64,000 nt of DNA, from positions 288,001 to 352,000 of the forward strand of contig CBDBCZ010000017.1 of the NCBI GenBank assembly GCA_965203295.1. Direction: 5' to 3'. Positions 12,643 to 53,193 of this stretch are shown in pieces. The stretch's first letter is position 1; every line of letters starts with the position of its first letter. Below the pieces are notes generated by a model. It was given only the letters and a program-made list of their open reading frames with translations, had not been told where the DNA came from and ran no database searches. Source of the stretch: Nitrospirales bacterium. Lineage in GTDB: Bacteria; Nitrospirota; Nitrospiria; Nitrospirales; UBA8639. Made by a program: the position numbers and the translations under genes.

Positions 12643-14263
12643 ATGTTGGCTCTCCGTGTGTTAGCAGCTGCCCCCCGGGCTGCAAGAATGTGCGGGGCCC
12701 CCCAGAGGCTGTTCACCCGCAAGTTCAGCCCCCTGGCAAGCCGTTGGTACAACAACCAGCCGGAGAAGAGTCCGATGATCACTAAGAGGATGAGCTCACA
12801 GTCAGGTCAGTGCATGACTGTATATTATGATTATTCTCACTTCTAAATTATAATTCACAACTTACTTTTTTCTGCCTTTTTAAAAAAATATCCGATATTA
12901 GCTAATTGTTAAAAAAAGGCAAAAAAAAAGTAAAAAAAGATTTTAAGTAAGAATTATTGGTAGAACTCCTGTTACCATAAGACCCTTATTGTATGCATGT
13001 CCGGATGCACATATATAATAAAACCACGCACTGTGTTGGCATGCATGCATGGATTACTTTGCCTTTTAATATCTGTTGGTCAAGGACCATTCAAGTCTAA
13101 TTTTGGGTGCATATGTTCACTGCTATATAGTACCTGTGCATAGTAAATGCATAATATACCTTTCATTGAAAACCAAAACAAACTTAACAGTCAGAATATC
13201 TTTTCTTACAATGACAGAGAGTACACTGATGCCAGCAATACCAACGTCGACGACTGACATCGCCATCAAATATATCAACGATACTGGTTCTACTGATTTT
13301 TCAGTAGTAGTGTTCACGAAGAACTTCAGTGTTGATACTCCTGAGGTATACTTTGCAGCCTGGGAAGTTATCCGCGTCCAATCTTCCTCTGAATTTATAT
13401 ACCCTATATCAACATCTATTGGAGCAAGTTATCTGCTTGGTTATCAGTTCAACACGATGGGACCCTTTGGTGCTGTGCTGGGATCAACCTGGGAAATTAA
13501 TCAGGATAATAAGGCGAACACTCCGGTTTTAAGTCCAGGTTTGTATACGCATGCAGTGTGATCGATCGTTGGATGTGCCCAAGAGCTTGCCTACGTACAT
13601 AAAGTTTATAATGCCACATGCCTATAATAGCTTCATAGTTAGCTATTTACTGCTATATATTTGTCATTATTTGCCCTTAGCTTTTGGATTTCTGTGCTTG
13701 CATGCAAGTCCAACTTCCCTCTCAACACAGTCCCTGAAATATAGACCTTGAGCTCGAATTATCCATGGCTAATTGGCCAGTGGCTTGTATACCAGGCCAG
13801 CATCACCTTTGCTCTCCCATAGAAGCTCAATAATGACATGTCTCCCATTATTATAATAGCTAGTAATGTATATATTATCAGCACGTTGAAGTAGGTCATG
13901 GTTTTCCTTGCAGTGACTGCTCTTCCCAATCCCAACAATACCATCGTGGTGAAGAATACACCTCCTCTCGGTGGTACATGGAGTGGTCGAACGTACGATG
14001 TCTCTCTGTACAAGAGTGGTAAACTGTTGGTGACCCAGAGAGATGTGCACGTTGGCAGCCAAGCTGACATAGAGCTGCAGCCGAAACTTTTCTTTGGAGT
14101 TGTTAGCAATCTTCACATTGGAGAAGTATTTACATCTCTCAACATAACCGAAGCGCTTACAGAGTTTGACCTCAGCCAGTTCCCCAATGGCCTGATGGTG
14201 ACCCTCACCCAGGAGCCAGTTGGAGGCCAGTACACGTTTACTGGAGGACAAATGCCAGCTTAA
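12643..14263 (+). CDS. Gene A2 (copy of A1); exons 12643-12805, 13218-13538, 13914-14263
   Basis: Same model as A1; K>N change in exon 1 (YNNQ vs YNKQ); intron 1 is 37 bp longer. Confidence 0.85.
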
Positions 14264-16035
14264 AATGACCCAAATATTGAAGATGTGAGCATTGTTTAAT
14301 TCTTTGAAACCCTTTAGGTCGTAGCTAGTTTATTTAGTGACTTTTAATTTTTCTGTTTTTTAATGAGTTTGATTTTAGATTGAAACACATGCAATTATAG
14401 CTATAATTGCTTGTTTATAATAATTATGTTATGAGTTGGCTACTCATGCAGATGCTTCCTCCTTTCTGTAGGTAGCTACCAGCTGTTTCCTCCATGCCTT
14501 GGGCTAATACTAGCTGTTTCCTCTACACTGTGGGCACCCCATTCCTCCATGCCTTGGGCTAATACTAGCTGTTTCCTCTACACTGTGGGCACCCCATTCC
14601 TCCATGCCTTGGGCTAATACTAGCTGTTTCCTCTACACTGTGGGCACCCCATTCCTCCATGCCTTGGGCTAATACTAGCTGTTTCCTCTACACTGTGGGC
14701 ACCCCATTCCTCCATGCCTTGGGCTAATACTAGCTGTTTCCTCTACACTGTGGGCACCCCATTCCTCCATGCCTTGGGCTAATACTAGCTGTTTCCTCTA
14801 CACTGTGGGCACCCCATATAGCTGACTAATGCACCTCTAGTTGTATCAGCCTAGCAGTGTGTGTGTGCATGTGGTTGCCAGGCAATTAATTAGGACTTTA
14901 GCGTAGCAAAGCTAACGGCTGTTTGTAATTTCACCTGTATATGGGTGGGTTACTATATAAGGTATATTATGCGCTCTGGCACAGTACATACTGTGGTACA
15001 ATGAATCAGGTGATTTCTTACATCTTACTTCAGGGCATCCAGATCGTGTAATTATAGATCCAAATCTATTATCAACAACTATTAATTAACCTTACACATT
15101 ACCTAATGACAGTCTGGTCGACTACAGTCACCATTTCAAATCTCCTTTCAATATTCAGAGCCACATACCAAAACAAATGGGCTTGAAATGGGCAAAGGTA
15201 GCTAGCTGCCAAAGTAATGTGAGAGTTGGGAGAACTGCATGGACTTTATATAGCTAAAGATTTACGTACCATTAGTATAACTTATATTATATTATAATTA
15301 TGTTTAGTAACATTCATCTTGCTGACACAGTAAGCTGGCTACCTAGCTACACCATGCATCCTGATCACCATGGATCGACCAGGTTACTTCCTAGTATCCC
15401 AAATTAATGTTTGCTTCAATAATCTCATCATGGCGCCACTGTACGACAAAAAAAAAAAGACGGAAAAAAAATTAGGCTTGGGGTGAGGCACTACGCGCAC
15501 ACCGGAAACTACATGTCGGACCCCGAATGTTTCCGGTACTGGCATATTTAAAGTAACACGAAAACGCTGCGCCAGCAGAGTGTTATTCGGTGCGACTATT
15601 ACTCGTACGGTAAGAAAAGAACGTTCTTTCTGAAAGAAACTTTCGGCGCTGCATTCCTTCAGTGAATGTACGCTGTAACTTCCACTGGTGTGACTGTAAA
15701 ATTTATCAAAATTGTTTTCACCTTGTAGCTAAACAGACATCGCCGAAAACTGCAAGGACAGCGATTGCAACTGATTCCTGAAAAGAAACTCTCAGTAAGT
15801 AGCCGTTACTTTAATTTTTTTTTAAAATTGAATACGTGTAACTTTACAGTTACTGTAACTGTTTTTTTATTATTAAATTTTCCTGAACTTCACTTTAACA
15901 TTTTGGCGAGTTTAATACTATTAGACCATTACAATTAATTGTCAGACTGGGTTCATGCATTCGCAACTATATACGGTTCTTTCAATAGTTACTGTATCTT
16001 ATGACACACACAGAACCCGAAAGGTCACAGGCGCG

Positions 16036-17461
16036 ATGTTGGCTCTCCGTGTGTTAGTATCCGCCCCTCGGGCTGCAAGAATGTGCGGGGTTCCTCAGAG
16101 GCAGTTCACCCGCAAGTTCAGCCCCCTGGCAAGCCGTTGGTACAACAAACAGCCGGGGAAGAGTCCGATGATCCCTAAAAGCATGAGCTCAGGTCAGTGA
16201 CTGCGCGTTTATTGTATATCTATCGAGTGGAGCTCTTATATTAATAAACTATAATAGTACTGCATAAAAACGTGTATAATAGAGAATTAATCTACAAGAG
16301 GTAGGTGTTATTATAATAAATACTAAAGGTATGGCACTTCCATGATGCCTGGCACTTCACATGCATGCAGGCACTGACATACAGCATTTGCATGATATAT
16401 ATACTGCAGCAATTGTCAGGACTACATGATTGTAAAATTACAAGTAAGTGTATCCTGACGTTTTTGACACACTCATGGCCTTTAAACTGACCACCAAGCA
16501 TTCAAACACGATTTTCCTTTGTTACTATGTACTACATGGATTGATGTATATATGTGTTTTCTTACATTAACAGCTAAAACACTGTCGGCGGCTATGTCAT
16601 CGGCTGTTACTAACATCGAAATCATGTACGTCAATAATACTGGTTCTACTGATTTCGCGACAGTGGTGTTCACAAAGAACTTCAACGTCAACACTCCTGA
16701 GGTAGTCTATGCAGCCTGGGAAGTCATTCGTGTCCAAACTTCCTCCAAATTTGTATACCCTATATCAACATCTATTGGAGCAACTTATCAACTTCGTGAT
16801 CAACACAACACGATGGGACCCTTTGGTGCTGTGCTGGGATCAACCTGGGAAATTAATCAGGATAATAAAGCAACCACTCCGGTTTTACAGTCAGGTTTGC
16901 GTACAGCGTGATGTGTTACTACATTAATTACCTATTACCCAATTAGAATAATAAGCACTTCCAAGGTTTTCTTTTCTTGACTATAAGTTAGTAACTACAA
17001 TTGGTTCACATAATACCACTCCAGAATACATAGGAGTGCATTGATAAATAGCTAAATGCCTGACACTGTATGATCATACCAAATGAGGTAATGTTCTTCC
17101 TTGAATTGCAGTGAATGCTGTTCCCAATCCCAACAATACTATTGTGGTGAAGAACGTACCTCCTCGGGGTGGTACATGGACCGGTCGAATGTATGATGTC
17201 TCTCTGTACAAGAGTGGTAAGCTGTTGGTGACCCAGAAAGATGTGCACGTTGGCAGCCAAGCTGACATAGAGCTGCAGCCAAAAGTTTTCTTTGGAGTGG
17301 TTCGCAACATACATGTTGGAGACGTATTTAAATCTCTCGACATAACCGAAGGGCTTACCCAGTTTGACCTCAGCCAGTTTCCTGGTGGCCTAAAGGTGAC
17401 CCTTGACCAGGAGGCAGTTGGAGGCCAGTACACGTTTACTGGAGGACAACTCCCAGCTTAA
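16036..17461 (+). CDS. Gene B2 (copy of B1); exons 16036-16192, 16574-16894, 17112-17461
   Basis: Same model as B1; Q>H change in exon 3 (NIHVG vs NIQVG). Confidence 0.85.
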
Positions 17462-18208
17462 AAACTGTTATACTTAATATGTGAATGTTGTTAGAAAGGC
17501 TGTTCATAATATAGCTAGCTTATATAGTCGCTTTTCTTGAGTTCAATCATTACAATGATCACTTTTGCTGTTTTATAGTTATGATTGATGAATGAATGCA
17601 GTTGCGAGTTACTTTGGAGTGCATTGTAACTATGCAGCTATGCATGTAAAAATGTTTATATACACATACATCTGTTGCCATTGTTGTTACAAATCAGATC
17701 TGGGAATCAGATAAGATATTCGATTACAGCACAATGGTCTGTTGCTACATCATATGGGTGTGTATCAGATTAAACCATGCAGGAATCCTTCCGAATCTCA
17801 GTCTTCCTGACTGAGTTTGGGTAGGAGACTATGGAGAAGCCAACTAAATCACAACCAAGCTAACACTGAGGTTGGATACTGGATATTTTTTTAAAAAAAA
17901 TGATCCGATGCCCTGGATGTATGTTCTATAGAACAGAAGTACATGTAAACTTGTAGGTATTTACTACTCTTACCAAGATGAGGGTGTGGCATAGCAGTTA
18001 TAAATTGTGGAACGCACGAGAAGCTGTGAAAGTTGGCTTTCAAGTCTGGGGTTACTACACTTTATCATTTGCCTCGTATACCTAGGCACATTATCAATCC
18101 CGAGAAAAGCTGAATTGGATGCCATGTGAGTGCCAATTCAATGCAATGTTCAGTTGAATGTTGACAGACTGCACTCCAATGAAAGAGCTGAGTATTGTAA
18201 GTAGTTCT

Positions 18209-21200
18209 CTATGATGCATCGTCACCGTGGTGCTTTGCGTATATGTCTGGAAATTCAAATGTTTGATCTGCCTGCAGAAAAGAAACAAAACAATGACCAC
18301 TGATCAGCACAGAAGCAGCCATATAGGATAATTTCAACTCTTTTTCACAGGCGAACCCTCTTTACTAAAGCAAGTGTTATTGATAACAAGCAATGGCATT
18401 TAGCCAATCCAGATATGTGGCTGGGAGAACACTTAATTTTATGTAGTTATGCTAGCTAACCAAGTATATACTGTAGTGATTGAATGGTTAGGCATGACAA
18501 TATCTTTCATATGAATGCAGGCTTGGTCATGCACTAAAAAATGGGTGTGATTTTGGTGGTATATAAGCCAAGCAGAAAAGATTTTCGTGATGTTATAATA
18601 GGATGCTGCATACTTACTTCCATAATCACAAGCATATGACTGATTGAGGCAGTTACGTATTGAGGCAGAAAATAATCAGTGTAACAATTAGAGTGGAGGG
18701 AAGACTATTCACACAAAAGCCACTTCCATACCTGAACTGCAACGCGGCTCCTCAGCATTCATGCACTTGTTAATTATCATATTATTACTGTTTGCTATAC
18801 ATGTACATGTAGATTTGGAATGTATGGTATATAGCTCCTTACTAGTGTAAGATACGCCACTTTAATATCTGGCTTTTTTCTTTTAATGTTCCACTGCCAC
18901 AGCGTTTTCTCTTTACCTGCAAAAACAAGTCATAATAAATGACGCTGCACGCAATACGAGCTAGTCACCTCAAATCAAACACTCTACTGTTCTATGACAG
19001 AGAATGCACTAAGAAACTAAGGTGGTGGTGGGCACAAAGGCACTAGGCTTTCTGGTTTTGTCTGGACTTGAAAGGACGTGCTCTTACCTACTCTGAAGGA
19101 TTACAGAAACCTTACAATGTACAATTTACGGCATAACTTAGTAGTAGTTTTGATATAATTAATCACCCACACACCATTAGTGCAGTTGGTTTACTCTGCA
19201 GCTAGCAAAAATATTGCAAACTGCTATTTCAATGCTGCTGAACATCTCATCACAGTGATAAGTAGTAGCCTCAAAACCAGGCTATTTAGGCGTTACGTTA
19301 GTGTTTCACCGATTCCCAGCTCATTTTATTTACTAGTGGATCTGTATGAAGGTTGCAATTCAGGCTGTCACGAAATTCATTAGTCCAGGTTGCCATGCAT
19401 GAGGTAATGTAAGGCTCATCCATGCAGTGTTATTGGAAACTACAGTGTACATAGAACTTGAGGAAATGCAAATTAAATAGTAAAAAACAGCTAGTAGCTG
19501 ACCAAAGCATGGAGGAAACAGATTGTCTGTAGCTACAAATAAGCAAAAACCATGACATGCGATAGAATCTGTACTACATAGATGATTTAGCCAGAAGAAC
19601 AGACAATAAGTTACTCACAAGTACATACACGTACGTAAATGCTGTCACAACACTAATCATCACTGCAACCTTCCACCTGTGACATGTGCACACTATGATA
19701 GCCATGAAAGGTACTACAATCGGCACAACTTTGTTCCCTAACGATCACATGCCCTGCTGCAGATAGTCACTGTAATCCACTTTCTGCAGTATGCCAGTCA
19801 CTTGCAGGAAAGAAGTTACTAAATACAATTTCAATCCATGTTTGCACTTGCAAACCTTAGGTAACTGCCCACTATAAAGAAGAAACATATAGTAGTTGCC
19901 CACAGCATGGAGGAAACAGCCTAGACAAACCAGTTGTGCTACTAATTAAGTGAAAGTGAAGGAAGAAATGTCATGGCAACACACTGTTGTGTGACAGAAC
20001 TCTGATCTATATTGCAGGACCGTTTCAGCGAGAGAGAGAGAGAGAGAGGAGAGAGGAGCGACAGTCTGTGCATGAGATCAATAGTGGCCATGCAGTGTTA
20101 TTGGAAACTACAATGTTTATAGAACTTGAGGAAATGCAAATTAAATAGTAAAAAAACAGCTAGTAGCTGACCAAAGCATGGAGGAAACAGATTGTCTGTA
20201 GCTACAAATAAGCAAAAACCATGACATGCGATAGAATCTGTACTACATAGATGATTTAGCCAGAAGAACAGACAATAAGTTACTCACAAGTACATACACG
20301 TACGTAAATGCTGTCACAACACTAATCATCACTGCAACCTTCCACCTGTGACATGTGCACACTATGATAGCCATGAAAGGTACTACAATCGGCACAACTT
20401 TGTTCCCTAACGATCACATGCCCTGCTGCAGATAGTCACTGTAATCCACTTTCAGCAGTGTGCCAGTCACTCGCAGGAAAGAGGTTACTAAATACAATTT
20501 CAATCCATGTTTGCACTTGCAAACCTTAGGTAACTGCCCACTATAAAGAAGAAACATATAGTAGTTGCCCACAGCATGGAGGAAACAGCCTAGACAAACC
20601 AGTTGTGCTACTAATTAAGTGAAAGTGAAGGAAGAAATGTCATGGCAACACACTGTTGTGTGACAGAACTCTGATCTATATTGCAGGATCGTTTCAGCGA
20701 GAGAGAGGAGCGACAGTCTGTGCATGAGATCAATAGTGGCCATGCAGTGTTATTGGAAACTACAATGTATATAGAACTGCAAATTAAATAGTAAAAAAAC
20801 AGCTAGATGCTGACCAAAGCATGAAGGAAACAGATTGTCTGTAGTAACAAATAAGCACAAACCATGACATGTGATAGAATCTGTACTACATAGATGATTT
20901 AGCCCAGAAGAACAGACAATAAGTTACTCAAAAGTAAATACACGTACGTAAATGCTGTCACAACACTAATCATCACTGCAACCTTCCACCTGTGACATGT
21001 GCACACTATGATAGCCATGAAAGGTACTACAATCGGCACAACTTTGTTCCCTAACGATCACATGCCCTGCTGCAGATAGTCACTGTAATCCACTTTCTGC
21101 AGTATGCCAGTCACTTGCAGGAAAGAGGTTACTAAATACAATTTCAATCCATGTTTGCACTTGCAAACCTTAGGTAACTGCCCACTATAAAGAAGAAACA

Positions 21201-23776
21201 TATAGTAGTTGCCCACAGCATGGAGGAAACAGCCTAGACAAACCAGTTGTGCTACTAATTAAGTGAAAGTGAAGGAAGAAATGTCATGGCAACACACTGT
21301 TGTGTGACAGAACTCTGATCTATATTGCAGGACCGTTTCAGTGAGAGAGAGAGGAGCGACAGTCTGTGCATGAGATCAATAGTGGCCATGCAGTGTTATT
21401 GGAAACTACAGTGTACATAGAACTTGAAGAAATGCAAATTAAATAGTAAAAAAACAGCTAGTAGCTGACCAAAGCATGGAGGAAACAGATTGTCTGTAGC
21501 TACAAATAAGCAAAAACCATGACATGCGATAGAATCTGTACTACATAGATGATTTAGCCAGAAGAACAGACAATAAGTTACTCACAAGTACATACACGTA
21601 CGTAAATGCTGTCACAACACTAATCATCACTGCAACCTTCCACCTGTGACATGTGCACACTATGATAGCCATGAAAGGTACTACAATCAGCACAACTTTG
21701 TTCCCTTACGATCACATGCCCCACTGTAGATAGTCATTGAAAGTGAAGGAAAAAATGTCATAACAACACACTTTTGCGTGACAGAACTCAGATCTATATT
21801 GCAGGGTTGGGAGCTCTAAGGCTAGTAGCTGTACATGGAATTCTGCATAACCATTGAGAAAAGCAACTACATTATTTGGCAGTGTAAAGTCTGTTTTACT
21901 TAAGCTATACGTTTTACCATGTGACTAAGTACTAGGCTACAGCCATGAAGCTCAGAGCAATCCTTATATGGAAGGCACTGTTAAGTTTGATCCAAGAGCG
22001 ACTTTATAAGCCTAATTAATCATTCACCCACCCACTACTCTACTTATCAGCTCCTAGGCTCAAGCCTTACAGCGTAACAGTTGCAAAGTCCTGTACATAC
22101 TAGAGATACGCATACGCAGTGTAAGCCTCGCGCACGAGCATTCAGTAGGTGTGGTTTGGTAGCACGTGTTTATAATGTGTGAGAATTCGATAGAGAGAAA
22201 GGAGAGGTAGGTAAACGTGCATAAGAATTCCACGAGTTCATCCTTCTCCAAAGGCGAAAATTAACGCGGTGGTGACTTCTGTTTCCCCAGCGAAAAAGAG
22301 CAACTGTTGTTAGCTAAAAAGCATACACACCTCTGATCTTTTAGCTTCGGTTTTGTATGCCGCTCATTGCTTTCCTTTGCATAGTGTAGCAAGATGCCTA
22401 GCCCTTTCCCCACTCGTCTCGCCGTCATCGTTAGACTCCGTGATTCGACTTCAGCCAACACGTGTGGAAGTAGCACGTGAGAACTGAGCCACAAAAGGGC
22501 CGGCCACGCCGTGCGCAGCACGCAGTATAATTGCATTCCTAAGCGTGACACATACATATATATATATATATATATACAAACGCTTGCTGAGATACGATGC
22601 AGGATTAGTTGCCTCGCGCTAAAGCGCTCGGTAATAATGAATCACCTACATGTATACAAATACTATCGCAGTCTCATTCCCAGTTTCCATCCCACAGCTT
22701 TTCACATGCAGTTAAACATGCTGTGAATGAGTACGTGTGGAGGCAATGCATGGAGTGGTATGGAGACAATAACAAGGTGTAAGGACATTTCTTGAACATC
22801 AAACACTCACCTAGTTGGATCCTCGTGTTGACCTTTGCCACCCTGATTCCATAAATCTTTTCAAAGTAGTTTTTGATATCAAATTTTGTCATCCTGCAAT
22901 GTAAGAATAAGAAATAACATCAAAGTAGAACATAAGATATGCTATTGCAACACAGGTTTACAGGATCAAGTGCATGGGTGTTCATGCTCGTAAGTGTGAC
23001 AGTGTTATCGATGTATTTGCTTATGCTTTGCATCGAAGGCATAAAAGAAGTAGCCAAAATCAGCAAATCCATTATGCACCTGTGTACTATTTGTCAGTTC
23101 TCATCAGGGGCTTCCCCGCAATACGATGCAAATTACATGGAACCTCTCACTTCTGAAATAATGACACTTCTATAATAAGAACACTTTGCTGTGTCCCAAG
23201 TAAGCATTCTTATAATGGGAATTTATCCCTGAAATGAGGATACCACTCTATACAGGACACTTCACCATGTCCCCAAGTGTCCACAATATGTACAGGGGTT
23301 CCACTGTATACCATTAAAAGGTCAAATTTTCCTGCAGCTCCTGACGACTATCACCATGGAAACAGAAGCTCACTACTTGAATGCTCATCCTACATATGCA
23401 GTACCTATACTTAAAGAATTGAGAGGATTTTTGATGTCATTTAACTTTGAATGTACGCGGGAAGGCGTTTTGTGGACAAGGTATATGAAAGTATGTCTTA
23501 TAATTAGGCCCTTGATTGTACGAACAGCACCACATGAATTATACTTTCGCGAGGTTTACAATAGGGTTAGGCAACATATTTTTCAATATTTTTATTTTTT
23601 TGCGGTGCCGTTCTTTCCAGTTGATCTGATTGTACTTACTTCATCGGCACGTGGCACTGCACTTGATCGTTCGGCTGCTCCTTACCCGGACAGACCAGCT
23701 TCACAAACCAGTTACACAGGTAGACCTGCTCCGGGGTCCGACGCCTCTTGACCACGTGCCGCAGTCTGGTAGCCAT
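18209..23776 (-). CDS. MRPL23: Mitochondrial ribosomal protein uL23m, 118 aa; exons 23776-23640, 22893-22811, 18916-18843, 18271-18209
   Basis: Spliced: MATRLRHVVKRRRTPEQVYLCNWFVKLVCPGKEQPNDQVQCHVPMK/MTKFDIKNYFEKIYGIRVAKVNTRIQLG/KEKTLWQWNIKRKKPDIKVAYLTL/ADQTFEFPDIYAKHHGDDAS*. Has the uL23m motifs MTK.D..NY..KIY...V..V.TR and KPD.KVAY.TL; intron phases 2,1,0 are consistent. Confidence 0.93.
19421..21805. repeat. ~650-bp tandem repeat, ~3.6 copies, in MRPL23 intron 2
   Basis: Unit start CATGCAGTGTTATTGGAAACTACA at ~19421, 20089, 20741, 21387. Confidence 0.95.
23133..23308. mobile_element. Tc1/mariner(pogo)-type MITE, CAGTGGAACCCC termini; inverted relative of 36113-36283
   Basis: Ends GGGGTTCCACTGTA; the interior is the reverse complement of the 36.1 kb element. 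Confidence 0.65.
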
Positions 23777-24050
23777 TATGTTTGATAGCTACCTTTACTC
23801 GCAGTGCTAAAGTTGTAGCTCAGTAAGAAATCGAGGAACTTTTTGACAAGGAGTCGTTGCAGCTCCTTCAGTACTCTGGTCCACCAAGTCTTCGCTGTGG
23901 CAAAGTCATAAAGCCTCGATGTTGAACTCCTCCGGATCCACAACGCACGTGGGTGGTGGGTGGGACTATTAAAAAACGGTGCAATAGGGGTTAATGAACT
24001 TGCGTTAGTAACCCTTTTATCACGATAATTGAGCATGAAAGGATCGAGAC
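23777..24050. promoter_or_regulatory. Putative bidirectional promoter (274 bp between divergent ATGs)
   Basis: MRPL23 ATG at 23776 (-) and RCC1-gene ATG at 24051 (+); locally CpG-rich. Confidence 0.7.
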
Positions 24051-50571
<26,521 letters not shown>

Positions 50572-51104
50572 CTTCCATCACAGTGACTGACTTTCCATCA
50601 CTTTTTTTTTGGTGTATTCATTTCAGATTGGAACCAATGTTGAGTGTTCATTAACAACGTGTGATCTGTATAATTATCCTACATTACATCATCTCTAATA
50701 CATTCATTGGATGAGAGCAGTAGGATAATATGTATAGGATATACTACGTCTACGAGGAGTATATCGCGTTTATACTCCGAGTAGACGTGGTATATCCGGC
50801 TTATACAACATTTGACCAATCAGTGGAGTAGGTATAATACTTAGAAACGCTGGGCTAGCATTCCCAGAGGCAGCAGTTATTTACGATGTCATAATACATG
50901 AAAATATGAAAGTAGTATAATAAAACATGAAAACAATTAATGTGGTATAATATTATGACCCTTTATACTCCTCTTCTGCTCCAATCAAACACCTTGGATG
51001 TGATGTAATGTGGTATATATAAAGGCACAATGTCATATTTTACAGTTCTGTACTTTAGTAACATAACCTCAAGCTACTTCACGATAGTTACGCACATGTG
51101 CAGT

Positions 51105-51267
51105 AGTGGGATAAGTCAGATAGATCACGTCACAGTGGAGGATATGCGCCCAAAATATCCTCCTTGGATACGGTTTTATCACTTGGCTGCGCCTCGGGCA
51201 TCTGCGGAGGATATAGGCGCATATCCTCCACTGTGACGTGATCTATCCTATACTTATCATTCCCGCT
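51105..51267. repeat. Fold-back hairpin (a second, smaller one at 50731-50807)
   Basis: GATAGATCACGTCACAGTGGAGGATATGCGCC / GGCGCATATCCTCCACTGTGACGTGATCTATC, perfect 32-bp arms. Confidence 0.9.
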
Positions 51268-52114
51268 TGTGAGGCTGACTGTCAAATTAAATTTGAAATA
51301 GCATATCATGTGGCCCCATATATGTACATATACAGATATCATGTTCACGTCATTGTAAATTCATGGTACCCGCACCCTCGAGGCCTCGGGCGCGTTAATT
51401 ATAAGGTTTACACAAGATGCCCAATGAACAATGATGGCCCCACACCATAAATTTATAATCTTTTAATCATTTATTCATTTCTTTGTTTTGTTGAACGCCT
51501 CATTACACACGGTGAGTATACAACTTAAAATCATTAACAGTACATACTGTGATATTGACCTAAGTGTGAAGAGGAAATGACTGTACACATGAGCCTGATA
51601 GCTACAAGTCAAACTCTACAAATAAATAAGTTATAGTATGTAGCGAAGCGCTCCATCACACTCTTTACCCCTTCTCCCACCACAAACTTGCTTTACTGTA
51701 GCACATGCGGTTCTCCCTTTCTAGCCTCTCTTCCTGACTCACTAAAGCCATTGTCACGCAACTCACTCTTCTGGTAACACATACCCTCTTAGCGCTTTGG
51801 CTATCCCACTAGCGACTCTAGCAACACATAGCTAAACAGCAGCCTTGTTGTCCTCCTGGCAACTCTCTTGCACACAATACTTGCCTCAGCGACGCTTGCC
51901 CCTCAGCAGGTAACCACTTAAGTTAAAACATGTACACAGTGATATATAAGCTGACTGGTGATAGCTAGTTAGTTTTGTTGTAATTTCGATCTTCCCTATG
52001 CAGTTTTAGCGTGCTTATTAATTGGCTCCTAGAGTCCTATTGAAGTTGTTAAACATCAACACTGCATACGTAGGAGAAATTATAACCTGATTTATAATAT
52101 TATGTTTTATACAG

Positions 52115-53193
52115 CTACTGAATTGACGTATGGAATAGTGGCCACAATCTTCTCACTTGGATTTAAGCTGTGTGCTGAATTTGTACAAAAGCATGGTCCA
52201 ATTAAGGGTCTTTATCAGCTTCATAAGCCACTTGGTTGGATACTTTATCAGATTTCTTGCAGCCAGAGGATTCTTCCCATGGCTAAAGAAACACGGAGGC
52301 TGGGTAAGTGTCCCCAAAAGTAGTAGTACCTTCCCTATATTATAAGATAGCCAGGTGGTGTGTAGGGGAAGTCCCAGGGACTCTCCCTCATGTACCTACC
52401 CAAATGCATATTATGTACTTCATATACAGAAGCCTACTGGTGGCAATTGTGCAGGGGTCAGCATGTGCTCGTATTATACCTACATAAAGATATAGTCAAT
52501 TTGAAGCAATGTGATGGCCAGTCATTAAATAATTCGCATTTAAATGCATGAAGTCTCATTCCAATACTAAAAGTTTGTTTTTTATTTACCAAAGTCGAAT
52601 AGTACTGTAACAGTAGGATACAGGTCTACAACTTTGTAGATACGATACTACATTATTAAAAGTTAATTATGTAGGCTGTAATAACCACCCCACTCTTTCA
52701 TACATGTATGACTGTAGATACCGTAATTCGGGAAAAATTCTCGTTACAAAATTTAATTTCATAAGATAAATTTTCGCGTTAAAATTTTTTCGTAGATTTA
52801 GAACAAGCTACGAAAAATTCTCACGCTTAGTAATTTCGCTCACTGCACTCAATTCAGACTGTCGATTTCTGTGTACGTGTCACTTTTGGACCGTAAATTT
52901 TCGTTATTTGAATAATTAGCTGTAAATTTTTTTCCTAATTTTAATTTTCGTAGCCTTGGAGGCCTACGAAAATATTTTAACGCCGAATTTTTCCCGAATT
53001 AGGTACAATACAGAGCCACCTCTTAGTTCTGGCTGAAAAACATCAGTACACAGCAGGTCTGATGCATGGAGCCATGATTACAGGTGGTGCTGCCGTTCTG
53101 ATTGCATTCCTACTGCAGCAGTACTATTTCTTTTTTTTGTCACTTTTGGTCATTTTCTACCTGGTGTACAGAGTTCGATTCAAAAAAGCTTAA
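52115..53193 (+). pseudogene. Truncated, frameshifted Bcl-2-family paralog (d): BH1-BH2 exon 52115-52303 and tail exon 53014-53193 only
   Basis: TELTYGIVATIFSLGFKLCAEFVQKH / FISFISHLVGYFIRFLAARGFFPWLKKHGGW lie in two frames (189 nt vs 185 nt in intact paralogs). Tail SHLLVLAEKHQYTAGLMHG resembles gene a. No upstream exons recognised. Confidence 0.8.
52719..53005. mobile_element. MITE, (TA)CCGTA-type termini, just upstream of the acceptor of the pseudogene's last exon
   Basis: TACCGTAATTCGGGAAAAATTC ... GAATTTTTCCCGAATTAGGTA. Confidence 0.8.

Noticed and set aside
51640..51910. Missing upstream exon of Bcl-2 paralog d (donor CAG|GTAACC)
   Set aside because: I found no frame resembling exon 1 or 2 of genes a, b or c
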